This document shows, in pieces, positions 9,917 to 20,377 of a stretch of DNA of 64,000 nt. Position 1 is the first letter of the stretch, and the number at the start of each line of letters is the position of its first letter. The notes beneath the pieces are model-generated. The model searched no databases. It saw only the letters and a program-made list of their open reading frames with translations, and was not told the origin of the DNA. Position numbers and translations under genes: made by a program. Origin of the DNA: Acidobacteriota bacterium (GTDB lineage: Bacteria > Actinomycetota > AC-67); NCBI GenBank assembly GCA_016208485.1, contig JACQXY010000010.1:1431-65430 (forward strand), given 5' to 3'.

Positions 9917-11137
9917 ATGGACTCGAGTTTGACGGCTTTGGCGGCGATCGCCGTCGTTGCCGTCGTCGCGGCGGTGTGGCTCGATCGGCGCCGCCGCCGG
10001 GCGGAGGTCTTGGTGCGGCAACGCCACCTCGATGAGACCTGCGAGCGCGAGGCCGCCGAGCGCCTCCGGGATCTCGACCGCATGAAGAGCGAGTTCCTTC
10101 AGACGGTCTCCCATGAGCTGCGCACGCCGCTCACGGTCATCCTCGGGATCGCCGACACCCTCGAACGCGGTGACCTCGACGCCTCAACCGAGACCATGAG
10201 AGATCTCGTGGCGAGGATCGCCGCCAACGCCCGGCGGCTCGATCGGCTGATGGCCGACGTGCTGGACCTGGACCGGCTCGCGCGCGGGACGCTCCAAGTT
10301 CGCCGGCGTCCCACGCGAATGGACGCTCTGCTGTCCACCGTGCTCGCGGCCGTCGATCTGGGCGGGCGTCCGGTCTCGGCCGAGGGCGCCTCGGTGGTCG
10401 CGTTGGTGGACCCCGCTCAGGTGGAGCGGATCGTGGAGAACCTCCTCGTGAACGCGGCCAAGCACACCCCCGCGGGCACTCCCGTGTGGGTGCGGGTGGA
10501 GGAGGAGAGCGAGGGAGTGCTCCTCACGGTGGAGGATGCGGGGCCGGGGGTGCCCGACGAGCTGAAGGAGGCGATCTTCGAACCGTTCCGCCGGAGCGCC
10601 GCGGATGCGCCTGGGACCGGGATCGGGCTCTCGCTCGTCGCGCGCCTCGCCGAGCTGCACGGCGGCCGGGCCTGGGTGCAGGATCGCCCCGGCGGCGGGG
10701 CCTCGTTCCGCGTGTCCCTGCCGGGCTGGCCCCGGCGGGAGCACCGCGCGCGCGTCCTGGTCGTTGATTGGGATGGCTCGGTCGACTGGGCGGAGGCGGA
10801 GATCCTGCGCCGCGCGGGGTACGACGTGGCCATCTGCGGAGGTCCCGCGCACCCCTGGGCGGCCTCCACCTGCCCTCTCGTCGAGCGCGGCCGCTGCGCG
10901 CTCGTGAGCGGCGCCGATGCCGTGGCGTTCGGGCTCACCCACCCGACCCCCGAGGCGATCGAGGTGGCGCGCGCCTACCGCGGGCACGCGCCGGGCACGC
11001 CGATGGTCCTGGAGGTGCCGGCGGCGGAAACGGCTCGCTACGGCCGGCTCTTCGAGGGGTGCGACGTGGTGGCCGCGCCGGTGACGGCCGATCGGATGGT
11101 CGGCCTGCTCGGCGAGATGCTGGCGCGGAGCCGTTGA
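9917..11137 (+). CDS. Sensor histidine kinase with an N-terminal TM helix, HisKA and HATPase_c domains, plus a C-terminal Cys-containing receiver-like extension
   Basis: H-box FLQTVSHELRTPLT, N-box LLVNAAKHT, and G-boxes EDAGPGVP and GTGIGLSLV. C-terminal RVLVVDWDGS...AICGGPAHPWAASTCPLVERGRCALV is receiver-like but lacks the canonical DD pair. Confidence 0.8.
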   Translation: MDSSLTALAAIAVVAVVAAVWLDRRRRRAEVLVRQRHLDETCEREAAERLRDLDRMKSEFLQTVSHELRTPLTVILGIADTLERGDLDASTETMRDLVARIAANARRLDRLMADVLDLDRLARGTLQVRRRPTRMDALLSTVLAAVDLGGRPVSAEGASVVALVDPAQVERIVENLLVNAAKHTPAGTPVWVRVEEESEGVLLTVEDAGPGVPDELKEAIFEPFRRSAADAPGTGIGLSLVARLAELHGGRAWVQDRPGGGASFRVSLPGWPRREHRARVLVVDWDGSVDWAEAEILRRAGYDVAICGGPAHPWAASTCPLVERGRCALVSGADAVAFGLTHPTPEAIEVARAYRGHAPGTPMVLEVPAAETARYGRLFEGCDVVAAPVTADRMVGLLGEMLARSR

Positions 11138-11161
11138 GTTCCGCGGCCTGCGAGCGCGCGC

Positions 11162-11878
11162 TCAGACGCGCCGCTTGAGGATCTCGCTCTTGACTTCCTG
11201 GATCGCGCGCGTGACGTGGATGTCGCGCGGGCATGCGCGCGTGCAGTTGAACACCGTGCGGCAGCGGAAGGCGCCGACCTTGTCGGACAGGACGGCGAGC
11301 CGCTCGTTCGAGGCCCTATCGCGCGAGTCGAAGACGAACCGGTGCGCGTTCACGATCGCCGCCGGCCCGGCGTACTGGCCGTCGCCCCAGAAGACCGGAC
11401 AGGAGGTCGTGCAAGCCGCGCACAGGATGCACTTGGTGGTGTCGTCGTAGCGCGCCCGGTCGGCGGGGGACTGGAGCCGCTCGCGGTCGGGAGCCGGGTC
11501 GTCGTTGACGAGGAACGGCAGCACCTTCCGGTAGGCGTCGAAGAACGGCTCCATGTCGACGACCAGGTCCTTGTGGACCGGCAGGCCGCGGATCGGCTCG
11601 ACCGTGATCGGCTGCGATAGGTCCTTGATCAGCACCTTGCACGCGAGCGCGTTCTGGCCGTTGATCACCATCGCGTCGGACCCGCAGATCCCGTGCCCGC
11701 AGGAGCGCCGGAAGGCGAGCGTGCCGTCGGCGCGCCACTTGATCGCGTGCAACGCGTCGAGCACGCGGTCCATCGGCTCGTAGGGCACGCGGTAGGTCTG
11801 CCAGCGGGGCGCGCCGCCGGCGTCCGGGTCGTAGCGGAGCACCCGGATCGTCGCCTCGCCACCTGCGGGCCCGGGCAT
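11162..11878 (-). CDS. sdhB: Succinate dehydrogenase / fumarate reductase iron-sulfur subunit
   Basis: 2Fe-2S motif CGHGICGSDAM; 4Fe-4S and 3Fe-4S motifs CILCAACTTSCP and CTRACP. ATG at 11878 overlaps the sdhA stop (ATGA). Confidence 0.9.
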   Translation of the reverse strand: MPGPAGGEATIRVLRYDPDAGGAPRWQTYRVPYEPMDRVLDALHAIKWRADGTLAFRRSCGHGICGSDAMVINGQNALACKVLIKDLSQPITVEPIRGLPVHKDLVVDMEPFFDAYRKVLPFLVNDDPAPDRERLQSPADRARYDDTTKCILCAACTTSCPVFWGDGQYAGPAAIVNAHRFVFDSRDRASNERLAVLSDKVGAFRCRTVFNCTRACPRDIHVTRAIQEVKSEILKRRV

Positions 11879-13614
11879 CAGTACTTCCTCTCCACCGGCT
11901 TGTAGCGGCCGAGCCTCACCGGCTTGTAGCCGAGCCTGACGGCGTCGCCGGACTTCCAGGCGAGCGAGTGCTTCAGCCACCTCTTGTCGTTGCGCTTCGG
12001 GAAGTCGCCCCGGTAGTGGCCGCCGCGGCTCTCGGTGCGAGCGCGGGCCGCCGCGACGAGGGTCTCGGCCAGGTCGAGCAGGCAGCCGAGCTCGAAGGCC
12101 TCCATCAGGTCGGTGTTGAACGCGCGCGAACGGTCCTGGACGCCGGCTCGCTCCGCGTAGCGCTCCCGCAGCAGGCCGAGGGCGTTCTCCTGCTCGCGCA
12201 GCAGCTCGTCGGTCCGGAAGACGCTCGCGTTCTCGTCCATCGAGTGCTGCAGCTCGGCGCGGATCTCCGGCACGGCGTGGGGCTCCGGCCCCTCGGCGAG
12301 GCGGGCGAGGATCGCCTTCGCGTCCCGCTCAGGCTCCTCCGGCATCGGGGCGAAGTCGAGGCGCCGGGCGTCCTCGACCATCGAGAGCCCGCCGCGGCGG
12401 CCGAACACGATGATGTCGAGGAGGGAGTTCGTCCCGAGCCGGTTCCCGCCGTGGACGCTCACGCACGCGCACTCGCCGGCCGCGTACAGCCCGGGGAAGA
12501 CCGTGTTCGTCTCGTCGGACACCACGCGCGCGTCGTTATCGGTTGGGATCCCGCCCATCGCGTAGTGGGCGGTCGGGACCACCGGGACTCCCTCGCGGAG
12601 CGGCTCCACCCCGAGGTAGATGCGCGCGAACTCGGTGATGTCGGGGAGCTTTTCCTCGATCAGCTCCTTGCCGAGATGGGTGACGTCGAGGAGCACGTAG
12701 TCCTTCTTCGGCCCGGCCCCGCGGCCCTCCTTGACCTCGAAGTAGATCGCGCGGGAGACCATGTCGCGCGGAGCGAGATCCTTGATCGAGGGCGCGTAGC
12801 GCTCCATGAAGCGCTCGCCGGTCGCGTTCCGAAGGACCCCGCCTTCCCCGCGCGCGGCCTCCGACAGCAGGATCCCGATCCCGTACAGGCCGGTCGGGTG
12901 GAACTGGAAGAACTCCATGTCCTCCAGGGGGAGGCCGCGCCGGAGCGCTACCGCCGGGCCGTCGCCGGTGAGCGCGTGGGCGTTGGAGGTCACGCGGAAC
13001 ATCCGCCCGAACCCGCCGGTGGCCAGTAGCGCGGTCTTGCAGCGGAACACGTGCAGCTCGCCGGTCGCAAGCTCGTAGGCGACCAGCCCCGCGACCCGGC
13101 CGCCGGAGACGATCATGTCGAGGAGGTAGAACTCGTTGTAGAACTCGACCCCCTGTTTCACGCACTGCTGGTAGAGGGTTTGCAGGATCATGTGGCCGGT
13201 CCGGTCGGCGGCGTAGCACGCGCGCATCACCGGGGCCTCTCCGTGCGCGCGGGTGTGCCCGCCGAAGCGGCGCTGGTCGACCCGGCCGTCGGGGGTCCGG
13301 TTGAACGGCATTCCCCAGTGCTCGAGGTCGATCACCGCGTCGATCGCCTCGCGGCACATCACGTCGACGGAGTCCTGGTCGGCGAGGAAGTCGGAGCCCT
13401 TCACGGTGTCGAACGCGTGCCACTCCCAGGTGTCCTCCTCGACGTTCGCGAGGGCGGCGCACATGCCTCCTTGAGCGGCGCCGGTGTGGGAGCGGGTCGG
13501 GTAGAGCTTGGAGATGACGGCCGTCCGGACGTGCTGGGAGGCCTCGAGCGCGGCGCGGAGCCCGGCGCCGCCGGCGCCGACGATCACCGCGTCGTAGGTG
13601 TGGGTCGTTGCCAC
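11878..13614 (-). CDS. sdhA: Succinate dehydrogenase flavoprotein subunit
   Basis: FAD-binding N-terminus [17 protein letters not shown], covalent-FAD His region [10 protein letters not shown], and an active-site HxxxxR-type region. 578 aa. Confidence 0.95.
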   Translation of the reverse strand: MATTHTYDAVIVGAGGAGLRAALEASQHVRTAVISKLYPTRSHTGAAQGGMCAALANVEEDTWEWHAFDTVKGSDFLADQDSVDVMCREAIDAVIDLEHWGMPFNRTPDGRVDQRRFGGHTRAHGEAPVMRACYAADRTGHMILQTLYQQCVKQGVEFYNEFYLLDMIVSGGRVAGLVAYELATGELHVFRCKTALLATGGFGRMFRVTSNAHALTGDGPAVALRRGLPLEDMEFFQFHPTGLYGIGILLSEAARGEGGVLRNATGERFMERYAPSIKDLAPRDMVSRAIYFEVKEGRGAGPKKDYVLLDVTHLGKELIEEKLPDITEFARIYLGVEPLREGVPVVPTAHYAMGGIPTDNDARVVSDETNTVFPGLYAAGECACVSVHGGNRLGTNSLLDIIVFGRRGGLSMVEDARRLDFAPMPEEPERDAKAILARLAEGPEPHAVPEIRAELQHSMDENASVFRTDELLREQENALGLLRERYAERAGVQDRSRAFNTDLMEAFELGCLLDLAETLVAAARARTESRGGHYRGDFPKRNDKRWLKHSLAWKSGDAVRLGYKPVRLGRYKPVERKY

Positions 13615-13615
13615 G

Positions 13616-14014
13616 CTAGCTGCCCTTCGCGGGATCGAATGCGACGATGATGAGGGTCCCGAGCAGCAGGAAAATCAGGGACGCGACGTACAGCGCGCTC
13701 TTCAGCGCGGCCCGCAGGCCGTCCCGGCGCACGTAGTCGTCGATCACGACCCGGAGCCCGTTCGCGCCGTGGATGAGGCCGAGCGTGAGCATCGTCCAGT
13801 CCCAGGTCTGCCAGAGGGGGCTCGACCACCGGCCGGCGACGAAGGCGAAGTTCACGCGGTCCACCCCCTCGCCGAGGAGGTGCACGATCGTGAAGTGCCC
13901 GAGGACGAGGAAGACGAGCACGATGCCCGAGATCCGCATGAAGAACCAGGTCCACAGCTCGAGGCCTCCCGCCGGCGCGGGAGTCTGCGTCCGCTCGCGC
14001 GTCGCCAGGCTCAC
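13616..14014 (-). CDS. sdhD: Succinate dehydrogenase hydrophobic membrane anchor subunit
   Basis: Three TM helices. GTG at 14014 overlaps the sdhC stop (GTGA). The long upstream extension of the track ORF (to 15142) was rejected. Confidence 0.7.
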   Translation of the reverse strand: MSLATRERTQTPAPAGGLELWTWFFMRISGIVLVFLVLGHFTIVHLLGEGVDRVNFAFVAGRWSSPLWQTWDWTMLTLGLIHGANGLRVVIDDYVRRDGLRAALKSALYVASLIFLLLGTLIIVAFDPAKGS

Positions 14015-14400
14015 CGGAGGCTCCTCACCAGCAGCCGCCCCATGAAGTAGGTGGTCGGGATCATCAGCAGGACCCAGACCGAGACGACCGCCGCGAGCAG
14101 TTGCTGGTGGCGGTCGGCGAGGCGCGGGAAGAAGTCGATCGCCACGATCCGAAGGCCGTTCAGGGCGTGGAAGAGAACCATCGCCGCCAATCCCATCTCG
14201 AGTAGGCGGATGAGAGGGTTGTGGTAGACCGCGACGACCCGGTTGAAGACCTCGGGGCCGAACCCGACGAGCGCGGTGTCCAGGATGTGCGCGAAAAGGA
14301 AGAGGAGAACTCCGACCCCAGTGATGCGGTGCAACGCCCACGCCCACTGGCCCTGTCCGCCGCGGTAGACGGTCCCGAGGCGTCCGGGAACTGGTGCCAA
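14011..14400 (-). CDS. sdhC: Succinate dehydrogenase cytochrome b556 subunit
   Basis: TVYRGGQGQWAWALHRITGVGVLLFLFAHI haem-ligand His region. Start assigned to the TTG at 14400, 11 nt after an AAGGAGG RBS; the start is uncertain. Confidence 0.65.
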   Translation of the reverse strand: MAPVPGRLGTVYRGGQGQWAWALHRITGVGVLLFLFAHILDTALVGFGPEVFNRVVAVYHNPLIRLLEMGLAAMVLFHALNGLRIVAIDFFPRLADRHQQLLAAVVSVWVLLMIPTTYFMGRLLVRSLR

Positions 14401-15146
14401 GGCTTTCGGATCCTCCTTGCGGCGCGCCGCGCCGCCGTCCGGATACGGCCTCACGGCCGCTCCAGAATGGGAACATATCAGCGTTCGGGCCGGGAGTCGA
14501 AACGGCGCGCGCGCGCGGCGCGCCCCGCCTCGGTCTGCGGGGGGAGTCCACGTCCCGCTCGATGGCGGTGAGCGCGGCCGCGCGGATCGTCTCGATCGGA
14601 TCATCGGTGGTCAGTCCCGCTTCTCCGAGCGCGGCGATCACCGCGTCGATTCCGTGTTCCATCGCGACGAAGGCGTTCACGTCGACGTCGACGGTGGCGC
14701 GCGGCGGCGCGTAGAAGCCGAGCGCCAGGGCGCCTCCGATCGCGTAGTCGATGTCGCGACGTTCGAGGGCGTCGGCGACCGCCAGGGCGACGTCGGCGGC
14801 GGTGGGCGTCTCAGGCATCGCGGCAGGCTGCCAGCCGGCGAAGAAGCGATTCCGTCGAGGGGGGGGACGGGGTCGATCCGGCGAAGGCGCTGTTCCCGAT
14901 CCGGCGCGCCTTCCAGAAGCTGCATTGCCGCGCGGCACGCGGCCTGGATGGCGCCGGCGCGCTCCGCGATCGAGCGGCCCTGCGACGAGGGCGCCTCCTC
15001 GGGTCGCGGCCAGGGTCGCGCGCGGGCCATGATTCGAGTCTAGAGGCCCCGGGGCGGCGTCACAACGAATGCGGCCGGCGGGGGCCGGTCTCCTGCTCGC
15101 GGGCGGATTGCTCAACCCCGCGATGCCCCAGCGCGGGGCCACCGCG

Positions 15147-16302
15147 CTACTCGCTCTCGAATTGATGGCTGCCGAACTTCAACGTTCGACTGTTCTCGGT
15201 CACGGTGCGGACGATCTGATCCGAGGCGCCATCCGGGAGCAACGCCTCGATCTCGAGGGTGACCGTGACCTCCGCGCCCACCTGACCGACCAAGTGCGCG
15301 ACTACCTCGTCGGCGATGCGGCTCGCGTCGCGCCCGACGCGCGCGGGATCGAGCCGGACGGTTCCGTGGAACCGGTGAGGCAGCGGCGCAACCGCCGCAT
15401 CAGGCGCCGCGTCCGTCGCCTGAGTGGGCTTGGCGCCGGAGGAGGCGGCGGGAGGCGCTCCGGTACCGGGCTCGCCGTTCGGGATCGCCGCCGGTGTTTC
15501 CGCGTCCATCTGCCTCCGGGCCACCTCCGGCTTCACCAGCAGCCCGGCGCCGTCCGCCGTGAGCATCACCACCTGCCCGCCGCGCAAGCCGCGATAGCGG
15601 CCGGCGCCCTCGTCGTAGCTCTCGGCGTACGCGAACGTCTCCGACTGCCACGTGAGGAGCGCCATGCCGTCGCGGGCCGCCTGTGCCAGCACCTCGGGCC
15701 GGGCGAGGCGTGGCAGGTAGAGGTAGCGCGCGAAGTCCTCGACGAGCTGGCGGATCGCGACATCGTCGCCGCGCCACAGCGGCACATCGTCCAGGTGCTT
15801 GCGCAGGACGGTCGAGCCGAGCAAGGAGAGCAGCAACCGCGCGCGGGTGGTCGGCGTTCTCGGCGCACGCGCGCCGCCAGCTCTGCCAGATCTCATCGCG
15901 CGCGGCCTGCAGGACGGTCTCGTTGGTGGTGTTCTCCCACTGCACGAGGTCCTCGATCAGCTTGAACAGGCGTTTGCGCTCCTTCTCCTGGGCCTTCTCG
16001 GTCGGGAACAGATCTGGGTACGACGACGGGTCGTCCACCATCTGCGAGAAGATCACCGCGCGCGCGGCCGCCAGCGGCCGCCGGGCCCACCACAGGTGCA
16101 GCGTCGAGGGATGCCCACGCCGGATGGACTTCTCGCGCGCCGACGCCTTGTTGATCGCCTCCAAGGGCAACGCGACTTCGATGAGTTTCTTCTTCGTGGT
16201 CACGTTGTCCCCCCGCATCGGATGATCACTCCCGCCGCCCGGATGAAACTCGGATGGTTTCCCGCGCGCCGAGGGGCCGCCGGGATCGGATGACCTCGTC
16301 AT
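15147..16302 (-). pseudogene. Internally deleted defence-gene remnant: the N-terminal about 140 aa of a DUF1156-family DNA methyltransferase fused out of frame to the C-terminal about 230 aa of a DUF499-like ATPase
   Basis: Frame 1 (16302 to about 15880) contains [49 protein letters not shown], the DUF1156 signature. Frame 2 (15896 to 15147) contains [34 protein letters not shown]...TVTENSRTLKFGSHQFESE, a DUF499-like C-terminus. The ATG at 16302 overlaps the stop of the upstream gene (ATGA). Confidence 0.6.
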
Positions 16303-17480
16303 ACGGCTCCCCCGCCCTTCCCTGGTTTACGATTACGGCGATCGACTTGACGATTGGTTGACGATTCGGCCGTTCCCTTGAGGCGATAGCGGGTCGATCG
16401 GCCTGCCCCCACCCTCTCGGCCAGGCCCAGCTCGACGAGCTTCCCGAAGTCGCTGGAGGTGATCGTACGGGTGACGCCGAACTCCGCTTCGCACTGCCTG
16501 CTCGTAAGCTCTTCGCCCTCGACCAGCTGGAGCATCATCCTGCGCTGGCGTTCGCTCAGTTGCGCTTCCACGGCAGGGGTCACCAGGAGCCGGCTCTCGG
16601 GCGCGCGCAGGCGGTCGATGTCCTCGCCCGGTCCCGGGAAGGTGACCTGGAAGTATCCGGTGTCGGTGCCGATCAGCGGCCTGTCCAGCCCGTGATCGAG
16701 CATCTGGTCGGTCATGCGGCGGAAGCCGCTGCCGCGCTCCTCGATACGATGAAAGTAGGACAGGCACTGCGCGAGGACCGGGTTGCGCGAGCAGGGGCGG
16801 TACTTGCCCTTGCGGAGGTTGGCGAGCGTGATGGGCGCGGGCGGCAGGCCGGGGCTCGAGACGACCACCCGGTCGGCGAACACCTCGAGAAGGATCTTGC
16901 GGCCGGCATCCTCGTACTGGCGGTGCGCCACCGCGTTCACCAGCGCCTCGCGCAGGCCATCGACGGGATACTCGTCGAGCCGCACCCGGTTCAGGCCCAC
17001 GATCCTCATCGGGTGCCGAGTGTTGCGGTCGATGAAGGCAATTGCGCGGTCGATCGCGAGCGGCATCGGCGCCCGGACGTCCTCGTGGTCGCGCGGGTCG
17101 CCGTCGGGCCCGGCGCCCCGGTAGGCGTCGGCCAGAATGCGGCACTGGGGAAACACCGCTGAGGGATCCTTGGCCAGGAGCACGATCCCGGCTGCGGTGG
17201 CATAGTGCTCGCCCGAGGCGGGCTCATGCCAGACGAGACCGCGCAACGCGGCGCCCGCCAGGAGATCCTCCTCGGAGATGTCCGCCCCTTCGCGCCCCTC
17301 GGCGGCGGCAAGCAGCCGGCGAACCACGTCGTGGTCGAGGTCCTGCCAGCGGATCCGGTCGAGGGAGCGGGACTCGAAGGGGGACGTGGCCTCGATGGTC
17401 TGGCGGGCGATCTCGTTCTCGTCGCTGGTGGGAGCGATGCCGAAGCGATCCAAGAACAGCTTCACCAGCGCGGCGCGCAC
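16299..17480 (-). CDS. HATPase_c_4 (divergent ATPase-like) protein with a C-terminal winged-helix domain, lacking the usual AlbA_2 N-terminus
   Basis: [39 protein letters not shown] motif of HATPase_c_4 family transcription-regulator-like proteins. C-terminal w[32 protein letters not shown] start immediately after the DUF4062 gene stop. Confidence 0.65.
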   Translation of the reverse strand: MRAALVKLFLDRFGIAPTSDENEIARQTIEATSPFESRSLDRIRWQDLDHDVVRRLLAAAEGREGADISEEDLLAGAALRGLVWHEPASGEHYATAAGIVLLAKDPSAVFPQCRILADAYRGAGPDGDPRDHEDVRAPMPLAIDRAIAFIDRNTRHPMRIVGLNRVRLDEYPVDGLREALVNAVAHRQYEDAGRKILLEVFADRVVVSSPGLPPAPITLANLRKGKYRPCSRNPVLAQCLSYFHRIEERGSGFRRMTDQMLDHGLDRPLIGTDTGYFQVTFPGPGEDIDRLRAPESRLLVTPAVEAQLSERQRRMMLQLVEGEELTSRQCEAEFGVTRTITSSDFGKLVELGLAERVGAGRSTRYRLKGTAESSTNRQVDRRNRKPGKGGGAV

Positions 17481-17486
17481 TTCCCT

Positions 17487-17905
17487 CTAGAGTTCGATGA
17501 CGTTGCCGAAGCGCTTGTACTTGGGCCCGTCTGCGTCGAGTTCGGCCAGCAGGGCGACCGTTCCTGCTTCGCGCTTGACGTGCCGCTCGCCCCGGATGAA
17601 GGCGAGCACGGGGAGTCCCTTGGCCTTCGCGTGGCGATACTCGGCGTGGGGGTGATGGATAGCTCGCCGACCGGCGTGCCGTACTCGACGCCCACGATCA
17701 ACAGGTAGACCTGGCAGGCGTCGAGGGCTTCGAAGCAGCCCGCCAGGGCCTTGCTCGGGGACGCCGGCTCGTACTCGTAGAGTACCGGCGTGCAGTGCGC
17801 CGACAGAAAGGAATCGGTGTTCAGCAGGTTCTGGACGATGAGCCGCTCGTCCTCGAGTTCCTTCTGCGCGGAGCTGACGAACACGCGGAGCTTCGCGGTC
17901 ATCAC
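17487..17905 (-). pseudogene. DUF4062-domain protein gene, apparently frameshifted in a G5 homopolymer (17648-17652)
   Basis: The first about 77 codons (MTAKLRVFVSSAQKELEDERLIVQNLL...VYLLIVGVEYGTP) match DUF4062. The rest of the protein (HAEYRHAKAKGLPVLAFIRGERHVKREAGTVALLAELDADGPKYKRFGNVIEL) continues in another frame after the run gtggggg. Confidence 0.5.
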
Positions 17906-17985
17906 TTGGCGTCCGCCCGCGCGGCCGCCTCGTCGATCGCCTCCAGGGGCAACGCGACCTCGATCAGTTTCTTGCGAATGGTCAT
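17905..17985 (-). pseudogene. 27-codon stub of a second DUF1156-type methyltransferase gene ([27 protein letters not shown]-stop)
   Basis: Diverged copy of the [14 protein letters not shown]-terminus. Its ATG overlaps the ParA-like gene stop (ATGA). It is truncated where the DUF4062 gene begins. Confidence 0.4.
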
Positions 17986-18968
17986 GGCAACGTCGCTCGC
18001 GCTTGCTTGGCGACCTCGATCGCGAGGGTGCGGAAGTCTCGACGGCAGTCCTGGACGGCCTGGGCGTGACCGCCGATCGCTCCGTCTGCGGGTTTGAGGA
18101 GGAACATCGGCTTGCGCGCTTCCTGAGCGAGGGGCATCAGGCTCCGGTAGTGCTTCAGGGTGGACAAGCAGTGAGGATCCCGGGCGATGGTGACGTCTGC
18201 CTGGGGGATCGCCTCCCCCAGGACCGCCTCCCGGTAGACGCCCGGGATCCTCGCCATCCACTTCCCGTAGGCCTTCACCGGTCGATCGAGGCGGACGGCA
18301 TGCTGCATCACGACGTAGCCAAGCGGCTCCATCCGGCCATCCGGCAGGTCCAACTCCGCCGGGCGCTTCTTGAGTCGCTCCTCCCATCCGCTGCGCCACT
18401 CCCGCAAGCGTGGCCCGAGATTCTGGAGGCCCTTGAGGGAGAACAGATCCGGAGCGAGGGGGATGGCTACGTGGTCGGCGGCGATCAGGGCCGCGCGGTT
18501 GATCGCACCGAGATTCGGGCCGACGTCGATCAGGACGATGTCTGCCTCGCGCAGTTGCGCCGCGCGCGCAAGGATCTGGTGGAAAGCTCCGATCACTCGG
18601 AAAGCCCGGGTCTTGCCCTCGAGGCAGTACGGCCACTGCTGGCTCAGCTCGTCCTCGAATCCCGAGAGCGCGAGATCCCCGGCCAGAAGCCCGATGCCGG
18701 CGATGTCCTCGACATGCGGATCGGCGATCCCGCCCTTGCCTTCCAGAAGCGGGAGCAACGGCCCGAGGATGGTTCTGCCCGGCATCCCGTTCGGCCAGAG
18801 CGATTCGAGCGCATCCTCATCCAGGAACATAGTTGTGAGATTGGCCTGCGGGTCGAGATCCGCCGCGAGCACAGAGAGGCCGAGTTCGGTGTACATCCAG
18901 GCCAGGTGGTAGACGAGCGAGGTCTTTCCGATGCCGCCCTTGTTGTTGAAGAACGCAACCGCCTTCAA
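17982..18968 (-). CDS. ParA/MinD-like P-loop ATPase (deviant Walker A)
   Basis: KAVAFFNNKGGIGKTSLVYHLA Walker A KGGxGKT; 328 aa. Coupled (ATGA) to both the upstream AlbA_2 gene and the downstream DUF1156 stub. Confidence 0.8.
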   Translation of the reverse strand: MKAVAFFNNKGGIGKTSLVYHLAWMYTELGLSVLAADLDPQANLTTMFLDEDALESLWPNGMPGRTILGPLLPLLEGKGGIADPHVEDIAGIGLLAGDLALSGFEDELSQQWPYCLEGKTRAFRVIGAFHQILARAAQLREADIVLIDVGPNLGAINRAALIAADHVAIPLAPDLFSLKGLQNLGPRLREWRSGWEERLKKRPAELDLPDGRMEPLGYVVMQHAVRLDRPVKAYGKWMARIPGVYREAVLGEAIPQADVTIARDPHCLSTLKHYRSLMPLAQEARKPMFLLKPADGAIGGHAQAVQDCRRDFRTLAIEVAKQARATLP

Positions 18969-20156
18969 GGGGCTGACCTCACGGTGACGGCGACGAGCGT
19001 GGGCTCAAACCCAAACTCGGGCGGTGGGTTGCCGTTGTCGGCAAGAGCCTGTCGCGCCAGCGGAATTCCGAGACCGAAGCGCTGCGCAAAGCCTAGGTTG
19101 TACATGATCTCGGCTACGAGCGGGTTGCGGTAGTCGGTAACCCCCGCGCCGAAGTTCTGCGGCGTAACCTGGCCGTACAAGCTCCCGGGACTCTGGAACT
19201 CGATCCGTTCGGTGTACCAGTAGATCCGAGCCGGCGCGTTGGTGGATTCGTAGGCCCGATGCATGACCGCGTTGCGCGCGAGTTGTTGAAGGGCGGGAAG
19301 CGGATAGTCGGGCCGGCGGATCTCGCGCGGTCCCGAGGTCACCTCGGTGCGCACGGAGACGTTGATTTCCAGGAGATCGTCTAGCCGTCGCAGCACGTCC
19401 TCGAGCCGTCCGGTAAGGGTCTTCTGGTCTCGGATGGGGTCGGTTAGCGAGGATCCAGCGATGCGCAGGAACTGCACATAGGCCCCGGGCACCCAGCTTT
19501 GCGGATCACGACCCAAGCCGAGCATCGCACCGTAGGTGGGTGCATCGCCGGTCGTCAGACGCAGCGACCGGAGCTGCTGCTCGGTAGGGCGCTGGTTCTC
19601 CTCGAGGACATCGATGGCGATGGCGCGCGGCAGGTACTGTGTGCGGGCGTAGTCAAGATCGAGATCGTTGAGCGCTGCGCCCGACACCGGCCGCAGGTCA
19701 AAGGGAAGGTCGCGCGCGCGCCGGCGCTCGGCGAGCCTGATCTCTTCTTCGGGCGTAGCAAGGCGCACGGTGGGGCCGACTCTTGCCCAGACCCGCCCTT
19801 GATAGCGCACGGGGGGATAGGAACTCGGATGAACCGTCACGACGGCTACGTCGCAGCCGTCCATTGTGCGTTTCTCGATGTGCAGAGAGGGAAGAGGCAG
19901 GATGTTGCCGTCGTCGCGCATCGCGGCCAGATCGCGCAGGAGTTGATCCCCAATTTCCAAGGAAGCGCACCGGCCGTCGTCCTCGACGCCGATCAGGATG
20001 ATGCCCGGCCGGCCCCGGCCGGCGAGGTCGTTCGCGAATGCGCAGATGTTTCGGCGGATGCCGCTCCGGTCGGCAGCGGACCGTTTGCGCTCGACGAGCT
20101 CCGACTCGACCTCAAGACACATCCGGCGCAGCTCGTCGTCGCTGTATACGCTCATG
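18965..20156 (-). CDS. AlbA_2 (Schlafen-like) plus HATPase_c_4 domain protein, a putative nucleic-acid sensor/regulator
   Basis: N-terminal MSVYSDDELRRMCLEVESELVERKRS...IILIGVEDDG matches AlbA_2. C-terminal LQQLARNAVMHRAYESTNAPARIYWYTERIEFQSPGSL matches HATPase_c_4. Start refined to the ATG at 20156. Confidence 0.7.
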
Positions 20157-20377
20157 CTGGGTATCCTTTCACAACCGCCGCTTTCGCACGTGCGGCGGTT
20201 CCGCTGATCGCCTCGAGCGGCAGGGTGCCTTCGGTGAGGTTCTTCCCATCCGGCATCAGGCGATGCCCCCCTCCCAAGTCCGGTCAAGCGGCTGCAAGGA
20301 GTCGCAGATTGCCCAGGAACTGCGCGCGGGTGCAATCCTCCGTGCAATCCCGGGACGCCCCCCTCTAGCGGCCATAC

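Noticed and set aside
13616-15142. 508-aa minus-strand ORF spanning sdhD, sdhC and beyond
   Set aside because: Only the last 133 codons (sdhD, from the GTG at 14014) are credible. The upstream extension runs through sdhC in another frame.
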